A stretch of 64,000 nucleotides of DNA from Octopus vulgaris (Eukaryota). Shown here in pieces: positions 53,930 through 64,000 of this stretch. The translations under genes and the position numbers were made by a program. The stretch spans positions 2,914,001-2,978,000 of the forward strand of contig OX597839.1 in NCBI GenBank assembly GCA_951406725.2. The letters are read 5' to 3'. Every line of letters starts with the position of its first letter. Position 1 is the first letter of the stretch. The notes under the pieces are model-generated. The model saw only the letters and a program-made list of their open reading frames with translations, ran no database searches and had not been told where the DNA came from.

Positions 53930-54295
53930 AAGACGGGGAACTGGCTGAATCGTTACTGCGCCGGACAAAGTGCTTAGCAGCAATTCGTCCGTCTTTAGCT
54001 TCTGAGTTCAAATTTCGTCAAGGTCGACTTTGCCTTTCATCCTTTTGGACTCAATGTAATCGTCTCACCCACTCCCACCAAATTTTGGGACTTGTGCCTA
54101 TAGTAGAAAGGATTGTTGTTATTAGCACGGCGAGCTAGCAGAATCGTTACCGCACCGGACTCCAAATACCACCGGGGTCACTTTGTTTTTATTTTTTCAG
54201 GGTCGATAAAATAAGTACCAGTCGGGTACTGGGGTCGATGTAATCGACTATCCCCCTCGCCCGAAATTGCTGGCCTTGTACCAAAATTTGAAACC
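53930..54295 (+). mobile_element. Two older family B SINE copies
   Basis: gagttcaaatttcgtcaaggtcgactttgcctttcatcc and gggtcgataaaataagtaccag cores. Confidence 0.75.
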
Positions 54296-54875
54296 TCTAC
54301 CACTAATAGCATCATCATCAATATCACAACCACCACTACCACCAACAGCGTTATCATCTGCATCCTCTACTTCATCATCGTCATCACCACCATTAATACC
54401 ATCATTCTCCTCCTCCTCCTATTCTTCCTCCTCACCACCGCCGCCACCACCACCACCAACACCCACTCGTGGCCGCCATCGTCGCCGTCATATCATTATT
54501 ACTATTTATTCATTTACGAAAAACATGGAGTAAAGTTACACTAATAATTATGTTGATTAAAACATTATACTTTTCTTTTTTTCTTAATTGTTTTGTTGTT
54601 ATTTCGTCGCTGGATACCAAGAAAATGTGTTTCCATGGAAACAAATACACAAACTATCTGCATGTGTGCGTGCGTGTGTGTATGTATTCGTGTTTGTATG
54701 TTACCAGTGTGTGTATATTTGTAAGTCTGTGTATATGTGTGTTATGCTGTTTACTATTTACGAAACTTTCCATCGAATCTCTTGATTACCTCCTCATTAA
54801 TTAACTTTTTCTTCTTTTTTTTATCTAGAGAGCTATGCAGTAGCCTAGTGGTGCGGCACCTTGGGCAAATGTCTT

Positions 54876-56065
54876 CACCATCATTGAGTTCTTCATCAAA
54901 TTTTTGGTCCCTCATCAGCTCCCTAATTAGTGGCCCAACAAAAATACCTTCCTTGATTTTTGCGTCACTTACTCTTGGAAATTTAGTTTTGAAACGCATT
55001 AAATCCATACCTTTGACGAAATTCTTCATCAACCCTAGTTTAATATGCAAAGGAGACAGATAAATTTTCTTAGAATCAACAAGGGGAGGATTGATGACAT
55101 TCTTCTGTCCAGGAATCAGAGATTGTTTCGGCCACACATTCTCTACAAAATGATTTTTCTTATCCAGACTGTCCCACTCACAGAGAAAGCAACAAAACTT
55201 GGTGTAACCCAATTGCGTTCCAATAAAAGTGCCACAACCTTTAGGTCAGCACAGATATTCCACTTATACTCTTACTCTTTTACTTGTTTCAGTCATTTGA
55301 CCTTGGCCATTTAGTCTTTAGTCGAGCAAATCGACCCCAGGACTTATTCTTCGTAAGCCTAGTACTTATTCTATCGGTCTCTTTTTGCCGAACCGCTAAG
55401 TTACGGGGACGTAAACACACCAGCATCGGTTGTCAAGCGATGTTGAGGGGGACAAACACAGACACACAAACATACACACACACATATATATACATATACA
55501 CGACGGGCTTCATTCAGTTTCCGCCTACCAAATCCACTCACAAGGCTCTGGTCGGCCCGAGGCTATAGTAGAAGACACTTGCCCAAGGTGCCACACAGTG
55601 GGACTGAACCGGGAACAATGTGGCTGGTAAGCAAGCTACTTACCACACGGCCACTCCTGCGCCTATGTTCCTCATACTTAATTTATTTAAACAGAAGCTT
55701 TATACTTTCATATCTTTCTTTCATGTTAGGTGCATGGGTCAGAAAAACAGAAGGAAACTGATTCCCATTGCGGAGTAAAACTGCTTTCAAGTTTACTTTT
55801 GAGGAATGACTAAACAAACTCCACTCATTCGTGCTAGATTTGTGGTTAAGTTCCTCCATAACAGAACAGACATCATTACAAAACACCACACCATCCTCAA
55901 GTGAAAAAATATTGGCAAAATCATTATGCCGAGCACGATAAAAACTAACTTGAGTCTCCTTCTGGAGAAGATTCCAGACCTTTAACCTGAAACCAAGAAG
56001 TTCAGCTTACTTTTTCGACACGTTTAAATCCCGCACAAGATCATTCATATCTCCGTGACTGAATG
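54876..56065 (-). mobile_element. Chapaev3-like (CMC) DNA transposase remnant, interrupted by a SINE
   Basis: DLVRDL, LKAVLLRNGN, GYTKFCCFLCEWDS, PLHIKLGLMKNFVK, AKIKEGIFVGP motifs, recognised from memory of this family. Confidence 0.8.
55268..55663 (-). mobile_element. SINE family A nested in the transposase
   Basis: Full-length reverse-complement match. Confidence 0.9.
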
Positions 56066-56105
56066 TGATTCGCTTGAAGAGCACACACACATCGTTTACC
56101 TTATC

Positions 56106-56156
<51 letters not shown>

Positions 56157-56408
56157 TAATAAATAAAACATATGCATATATATATACATATATGTACGTA
56201 CCTACCTCTACATGTATATATACACGCATATATGAGTACAGGACGCCAAAAAAACGTCGAACACAATGAGAAACGAGAACATAGACACAAACACAAGGAA
56301 CTGGACATTTTTCTTAAACAAAAAAAAAATAGAGTACAGGACAAATAGCACAAGGAAAAAACCCTTCTTCAGTCGCCATGGTTTCATCTACTCTACGTTT
56401 CGAAGGTG

Positions 56409-56440
<32 letters not shown>

Positions 56441-57076
56441 CAAATAAAGATAGTTGTGACGGTCTATGGGGTTACCCAGGGTTTCACGTCTATAAAGCAC
56501 TTAGTCTTACAGCGTCTGAAGACTCTACTGCCCTCCTTTTGGATTTATGATTTACTCACGTTATCTATCTATCTATAGAATTGCTTTCCTTACAACCCAC
56601 GCAGATGGTATTTATTACAAAAAGCGCTCCTGCTGTGACAATCGCGTCTTTTATTTTTTAGATGTATTGTATATATAGAATTACATTATCCTTCCAATGT
56701 GTCCCTCCAGGATTTTGTTTTAATGATGATAAATTTTAATAAATGAATGAGTAATTAAAAATGAATCAAAGATGATAATGATGACAACGCTGACTAGGAC
56801 GACGACGATGATGACGGTGGAGGTGACGATAATGATATCAGCCTAATGATATCGCCTCGCTTTCGTGGATTGGGTGACTACAATATGACATAAATGTCAC
56901 GTGTTTCTGAATCATCGATCAGAGAACTAACAAATCTGGACTTTCAAATACCTGCGAAGTACACATCCACACTCTCCCCTCACAAGCATACATATACACG
57001 GATATAAAAACATACATACGTTAACTCCGACCTACCTAGAAAATTTACATACACACACACATTTATATTTATATAT

Positions 57077-57710
57077 ACTCGCGGTCGGAGGATCGTGGTT
57101 TCGATTCCCAGACCGGGCGTTGTGTGTGTTTATTGAGCGAAAAACACCTAAAGGTCCACGAGGCTCCGGCAGGGGGTGGTGGCGACCCCTGTTGTACTCT
57201 TTCGCCCCAACTTTCTCTCACTCTTTCTTCCTGTTTCTTATCCCTGACTTCCTACGCAACCGCTGAGCCTGGATGCGCATTCATCCATCCGTCGATGCTC
57301 TCGGTGTCGGGGGTTGACCTGCTTTCTCTTCTGCGGGTCTTACGAATAGCAAAGGACCACGTTTCGGACTTCTCCCAAGAGGACGAAGACCGCTTCGCTC
57401 GCTCAACAGCAGCAGCAAGCGGTACGCACGAAACGCTTCACCAACAATATCAACAACTTTTTCAAACAATAATTCACCAAACTCAACCCGATCTGGTACC
57501 AGACAAGGATTCTGGATTATTTTTCCATTTTTTTTTTTTTTTACTTAATTTTTGAGAGCGGTCGGGTTCATTTTTGGTATTCTCGTTTGTGAGAGCAGTC
57601 GAGTTAATTCCAGATATTCTCATTTTAAAAATCATCTCTGGCTAATTGTTGAGGGGACGTTGGTGTTGCCTTAAAGGAGGTTTGCGCTCTCTGAGTGCTC
57701 TTATTATAAT
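57077..57710 (+). mobile_element. SINE family C, tail type 3 (long)
   Basis: Core ggtttcgattcccagaccgggcg...ctttctctcactctttcttc followed by an unrelated GC-rich tail; 3' end approximate. Confidence 0.75.
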
Positions 57711-58045
57711 TATGATACTCGCAAATGAACAGTAATTAACAAATATTTAAAATCAACTTCTGGTTTCGTAAAAAATAAATTGCTAAAAATTATCTTATGA
57801 ATACATGCATAAAATTTTCACCCCCACCCCTACTAGAAGACACTTACCCATTGAAGTTCGTTGTTAATTATAATGGTAATTTGTGATTATAACATTGGTT
57901 AATTTATGCCCAAATTAAAAAAATCTAAAATTGTAATTACTGGTCATTCGATGATAATGATTTAGAAGTATGAGTGTATGTTTGTATGTATGCGGATGTA
58001 TTTGTGTATGTGTTTAAGTGGGTGTATATATATATGCATGTATGA

Positions 58046-58126
<81 letters not shown>

Positions 58127-58129
58127 TAC

Positions 58130-58161
<32 letters not shown>

Positions 58162-58413
58162 TATATAGACATATACACATAAACATATATATATATATAT
58201 GTGTGTGTGTGTGTATGTATATACATACATTCATGCATACATACGTATATATATATATATATATACGCATGCATGTATGCACACATATACATGCGCGCAC
58301 ACTAAACACACACACATATATGCAGAAAGAGAGAGAGAGAGAGAGAAAGAGGGATAGATAGATAAATAGGAAGGGAGAGAGAGAAGAGAGAAGAGAGATA
58401 GAGATAGATAGAT

Positions 58414-58468
<55 letters not shown>

Positions 58469-58560
58469 ATGTTGCTTGTGACATCATTCCACGATCTAAT
58501 TTGTCAAAAACCATCGTACGAAGGAGATATATTGACCGACGTTTGAATCATTGAGGTACC

Positions 58561-58801
58561 TATTTCCCTATTTCTTTACTACCCACAAGGGGCTAAACAT
58601 AGAGGGGACAAACAAGGACAGACAAACGGATTAAGTTGATTACATCGACCCCAGTGCATAACCGGTACTTAATTTATCGACCCCGAAAGGATGAAAGGCA
58701 AAGTCGACCTCGGCGGAATTTGAACTCAGGCCGTAACGGCAGACGAAATACGGCTACGCATTTCGCCCGGCGTGCTAACGTTTCTGCTAGCTCGCCGCCT
58801 T
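58561..58801 (-). mobile_element. SINE family B
   Basis: TSD gaatcattgaggtacc on both sides. Confidence 0.92.
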
Positions 58802-59077
58802 AGAATCATTGAGGTACCGTTTCAAAATGCAGTCAGGATCTGTATGAAGCAGCTCATTCACGAGCGGAAACCATGCTGATGAGCGTGTCAGCTTTCCTCT
58901 GACAATTTTTCTTTCCTATGGTTTTGCTGATGTGCCAATTCAGAGAATATAAGCCTGAAACTTTTAGCGACTTCTGTGCTTCTTCCTTTACGGGTGCCCT
59001 CTTTTAACACAGACAAGGAAACTTCGTACGAATATCTGCTACGATTTTTGTTGTAGAAGGATCCTGACAACCCCCAC

Positions 59078-59446
59078 TTGACCAAAAGTAGACAGACGCA
59101 TTTCAATAAAATAAAGAAATTGTGTGAACTGCAAGAGAGTGTTACTAGAGTGAGGATAGTTAGAGTACCCACGGAGATAAAAGAGGAATGGTTTGTGGCA
59201 GCCTTGATGCATAAAATGGAAGAGGACGCCAAGATTTTAAAGGTGACGAGAACTAAAAAAAGGGAACTTGAAATGGCCGTTCAAGTCGAACTAAAATATT
59301 TACATGAAATAACGGAAGAGGTAATTTTACCGGATGAGACAAGATTGAGGGTGGTGGTGGAAGGAAGACCACCAACCTGTTATCAATGTGGTGAGAAAGG
59401 ACACATGAGAGTAATCGAGGATCGAATACACGCTGTGCCTGCATGA
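59078..59446 (+). mobile_element. L1/Tx1-like ORF1 fragment with partial zinc knuckle
   Basis: RVRIVRVP...LRVVVEGRPPTCYQCGEKGH (CX2CX4H, last Cys missing). Confidence 0.65.
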
Positions 59447-59932
59447 AGCCACTACAAATATGTTGCGGAATAAAATATTTATCTACTGTCATGGAAAAAG
59501 TGTAACTGTAAAAATGCAGAATTATCGGAGTAATGGGCATTCAAAAAAGTATGTATGTATAGAAATGTATGAATGAAGTACTTAAGGTTCAAATTAAGAA
59601 AGTGCAATAATAATGTTTAGCAGTTCAAAACTGTGAGTGATGAAATGCAGAATTAGATCGGCTGATTGTGAGAATCAAATATTGATCGCTTCGCTAAAAT
59701 CTGCAGGCGGTATGGGTTATTTCCCTTGCGTTGTTTAAATAAAATATTAGTGATATGAAGTAAATATAAGGATCCATTGGAAGGGCCCTATTATCGATTT
59801 TTTTCAACACTACGTATGTTACGAGGTTTCCAGACATGAGTTCTACTCACATGTCAAGTTTCATCAAAATCAATAAAACACACACCAATTTTCCACATAT
59901 GTAGTAGATATGCATGCACAATTGTATGTATG

Positions 59933-59972
<40 letters not shown>

Positions 59973-60229
59973 CGTTACATAAATATATATACATATATAT
60001 ACATAAATATATATACATATATATGTATATATATCTATGGGTATATGTGTGTACATTTATATATTACTCACATATATATTCACATACATATATCCTTGCA
60101 TTTCCCATCATATAATTTATAAATTCGCGGTGACATTTACCAATTTATATTCTAGCTTTCTCAAAAGAATCTTATCTTCGATATTTGAAACAGAAAATTT
60201 TAACAGAAATTTTGCGATTGTTTTTACAG

Positions 60230-60252
60230 ATGAATTTTCATTTTGGCAATAC
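60230..60252 (+). CDS. Candidate 23-nt microexon, (D)EFSFWQY
   Basis: Acceptor gattgtttttacag, donor C/gtcagt; if entered in phase 1 it exits in phase 0, compatible with 61459. Confidence 0.3.
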
Positions 60253-60286
60253 GTCAGTATATTTCATCTTCTACGTTTTGCACTTT

Positions 60287-60995
60287 ACATACATACACAC
60301 ATACATATATGTATATACATACATACATACACACATACATATATGTATATACATACATACATACACACATACATATATACATACATACATACACACATAC
60401 ATATATACATACATACATACACACATACATATATACATACATACATACACACATACATATATGTATATACATACATACATACATACATATATGTATATAC
60501 ATACATACACACATGTATATACATACATACACACATGTATATACATACATACACACATACATACATGTATATACATACATACACACATACATACATGTAT
60601 ATACATACATACACACATACATACATGTATATACATACATACACACATGTATATACATACACACATACATACATGTATATACATACATACACACATACAT
60701 ACATGTATATACATACATACACACATACATACATGTATATACATACATACACACATACATACATGTATATACATACATACACACATACATATATGTATAT
60801 ACATACATACACACATACATACATACATACACATACATATATACATACACACATACATATATACATACACACATACATATATACATACACACATACATAT
60901 ATACATACATACATACATACATACATACATACATACATACATACATACATACATACGTACATGCATACGTACATACGTACATGCATACATACATA
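60287..60995. repeat. (CATA)n microsatellite with a 30-bp higher-order unit
   Basis: acacatacat acatgtatat acatacatac repeats exactly at about 60661-60780. Confidence 0.9.
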
Positions 60996-61226
60996 TGTAA
61001 ATATACGAACAGAAACGCGGACATATGTCTTTACAAACACATACATTCATACAAACACGCATATTCATGAGTGTGTGCGTGCGTGTGCGAGAGCCTACAT
61101 ACAAATACATACATATTGTTTATATACATTATATATATATATATTCAGTTTATATATACATTTCTACATGTAAACTTTGAATATATATATTAGCACATCG
61201 ATATATTTGTATCTATCTATATCTGA

Positions 61227-61261
<35 letters not shown>

Positions 61262-61458
61262 GTGTGTGTGAATACACACACATACATACAGACGCACGTG
61301 CATTCATTCTTACTATATACACAGTGTATTTGAGTAATCAAAAGGAAGACATCTAAATCACTTTGTTACTATAAATACATCCTCTTCATAAACATTCCTT
61401 CGATATTTATGTATGTAGGATTTCTCTGTTTACTTTAGATTTACTTTAGATTTTACAG

Positions 61459-61545
61459 CAAGATAATGGCGACAGTTCAATGGATTTAGAGAAAGCCTCG
61501 TTTAGTAAATCCACGTTCTACGAACTCGGTCGGCCCGATAGATAA
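61459..61545 (+). CDS. Candidate terminal coding exon QDNGDSSMDLEKASFSKSTFYELGRPDR*
   Basis: Strong acceptor tttactttagattttacag (in-frame alternative at 61450), GC-elevated open frame in unique DNA, AATAAA at 61623. Confidence 0.4.
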   Translation, partial: QDNGDSSMDLEKASFSKSTFYELGRPDR

Positions 61546-61917
61546 AAAAAAAAAGAAAAACGTATATAAACTCGGTTCCCATTTCCCCTCCACCCACATC
61601 AACCCACTCGTACCGCCTCAAAAATAAAGTAGGATATATTTTATGATGCGTTGCAAGACGCCTGCTTCTCAACCTCATGGCTCTGCGTTCAGTTTCACTG
61701 CGTGGCAACTTGCACCTAGTGAGCGAATCTAATAGATTCTATGTCTTAACATCATCAAAGACTATCACTGTATTTTATGTTAACTAATATTTAACACCAC
61801 AAAGGCTACAGAAAGCCTTGCACTTTACTTTTGAAAATCATTTTTTTTTTTAGAAAAAGTGAAACCGGTCAAGTGAATAAACATCTTAAAAAGACCTCTG
61901 CATTTTCAAATCCTCTT

Positions 61918-61960
<43 letters not shown>

Positions 61961-62043
61961 TATACATATACACAAACATATATATACACATACACAGACA
62001 TACATATACATATATACATATGCATATATATATACACATACAT

Positions 62044-62114
<71 letters not shown>

Positions 62115-62139
62115 ATCAACAAATATCAGCTAGGTTATG

Positions 62140-63371
62140 GCTGCGAGATAACAGTTTACTCAAAGTTGCCGCCCTCGGCTATACCACGGCCTCAATGTGG
62201 CTCCGGAATCTGGTGCATTCATTTCTCATTGTGTCACTGTGAAGATATTCCAACACCTCATTGATCTTGGCCACCAGCTCATCTTTGGTGTTGCAAGTAA
62301 AGCAGTTGGTGTCTTTCTTGATCGCGCCCCACACAAAGTAATCTAGGGGGGAATTAGGAAGACAGAAATTGGGTCTGGTGAAGTCGTGGAGATTCTGTGA
62401 TAACCCCTTCTGGCATAATTACTTTTGTGATAACCACTTCCCGGAGTTATGTCAAGAAGGCGGCGAGGTGGCAGATACGTTAGCACGCCGGGCGAAATGC
62501 TTAGCGGTATTTCATCTGCCGCTACGTTCTGAGTTCAAATCCCGCCGAGGTCGACTCTGCCTTTCATCCTTTCGGGGTCGATTAAATAAGTACCAGTTAC
62601 GCACTGGGGTCGATATAATCGACTTAATCCATTTGTCTGTCCTTGTTTGTCCCCTCTGGGTTTAGCCCCTTGTGGGTAGTAAAGAAATAGGTATTTTGTC
62701 TGCCGCTACGTTCTGAGTTCAAAGTCTACTCTGCCTTTCATCCTTTCGGGGTCGAGTAAATAAGTACCAGTTACGCACTGGGGTCGATATAATCGACTTA
62801 ATCCATTTGTCTGTCCTTGTTTGTCCTCTCTGTATTTAGCCCCTTGTGGGTAGTAAAGAAATAGTTATGTCAAGAAGCGTAATCGTGCTTCCATATATAT
62901 ATATGGCATTCCGGTAGTAATCTTCTTTAGCCAGGGTTTGACCACAGACTCCAGCATGGGTCCTGGTCTGAGCCTAAGGTCCTGGTATGAGCCTAAGGTC
63001 CTGTCCAAACATGCAAGGATGAGTACTGGCGTACTGACTCAGTCAGCACGCCTGCTGTGCCTCTTTCTGCCGGCCACAGATTCGTAGTCTCCGTTGCAGC
63101 TGTCCATGTCATGTCTTACAGCATTTACAATGTTAACGGAGCAGCAGTCATGATGTTGGCATTCTGACATTCAATGCGAATCATCATGACACGGGAAACA
63201 CTTTTCCAATATTCAGATGGTTTCCTGTCTTCCACGTCAGTTAACTTTTTCACAACTACAACCTTAATCTTTCTGCTCTCCAACGCCGTTGACTGCTGTT
63301 CACCAATACACGAAGCTCTTCTTGAAAAGAGGAGACATGAAATATCGTAAAAATTTAGCCCGAACACGCTG
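62140..63371 (-). mobile_element. maT/DD37D-like Tc1/mariner remnant
   Basis: PNSPLDYFVWGA motif; TIR-like cagcgtgttcgggctaaatt next to TA at 63372. Confidence 0.7.
62458..62862 (+). mobile_element. Tandem (about 1.7x) family B SINE inserted as one unit
   Basis: Single 15-bp TSD agttatgtcaagaag at 62445-62459 and 62863-62877. Confidence 0.9.
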
Positions 63372-63444
63372 TATGTATATATATATATATGCGTAGCTCT
63401 ATTTAAATATACAATATAAATGTAGAACGCTTATTCTAATGAGA

Positions 63445-63526
63445 TACACACACGTATATTTATACATATATATATATCTACACACACACGTGTATATTAC
63501 ACACACGCACATACACGAACATGTAT

Positions 63527-63562
<36 letters not shown>

Positions 63563-63615
63563 ACACACACACATGTATATTACACAAACGTACATATACG
63601 CGAACACACATGTAT

Positions 63616-63660
<45 letters not shown>

Positions 63661-63700
63661 TGTATATTACACAAACGTACATACGCGAACACACATGTAT

Positions 63701-63772
<72 letters not shown>

Positions 63773-63790
63773 TACACACACATACACTCA
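63445..63790. repeat. Tandem repeat of about 75-90 bp containing a variable (TA)n
   Basis: tatattacacaaacgtacata..cgcgaacacacatgtatcttta(ta)n repeated 3-4 times. Confidence 0.8.
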
Positions 63791-64000
63791 AACACACACA
63801 TCTATCTATCTGTCTATAACTTACCTAAGTTTTTCCCTATAAATGTATCGAAAATGTTATCGATTAGTCTTGGAGAGTCTACAGAACTAGACAGTCTGGA
63901 ACACAGAGAGACATCAAAACTATTCAAGTTAAACTGGACAGGTTCTTGTCACTTTGCTAACAGCAAATTGTTGTTGTTATTGTTGATATTGTGCTGTTTT

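Noticed and set aside
54267-54533. Ser/Pro-rich ORF
   Set aside because: Trinucleotide low-complexity run attached to a SINE tail.
56230-56410. Half-hammerhead pieces (GAAACGTA and CTGAAGA on the minus strand)
   Set aside because: Order and pairing do not give a complete motif; probably a truncated repeat. Similar decayed halves near 13985, 21620 and 49115 were also not called.

Overview
Very AT-rich eukaryotic DNA, most likely an octopus or other coleoid cephalopod (inferred from the SINE types and the huge (TA)n/(CATA)n/(CA)n arrays). Nearly all long ORFs in the supplied track are microsatellite artefacts. The real coding content is transposon-derived: two CR1-group LINE RT copies plus a near-identical 3' stub, RTE, R4/Dong and L1/Tx1-ORF1 remnants, and Tc1, mariner, maT and Chapaev3 transposase remnants. 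There is also a non-autonomous Helitron, Tc1/mariner MITEs and about 35 copies of four SINE-like families. The signal the ORF track misses is a set of at least 9 type-I hammerhead-ribozyme motifs (plus decayed ones) from several unrelated Penelope-like or retrozyme-like repeats, often inside inverted repeats. Other observations: a SINE shares a covarying 3' stem-loop with the local LINE; one SINE head carries three different tails; CpG decay appears to stop at about 25 kb; there is an IRF/ISRE-like motif cluster at 48.1-48.4 kb; and there are tentative + strand host exons (a microexon plus terminal exon at 60.2-61.6 kb, and candidate alternative last exons at 1-23.5 kb). No host gene could be named. 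All coordinates were read by eye and repeat boundaries are approximate.
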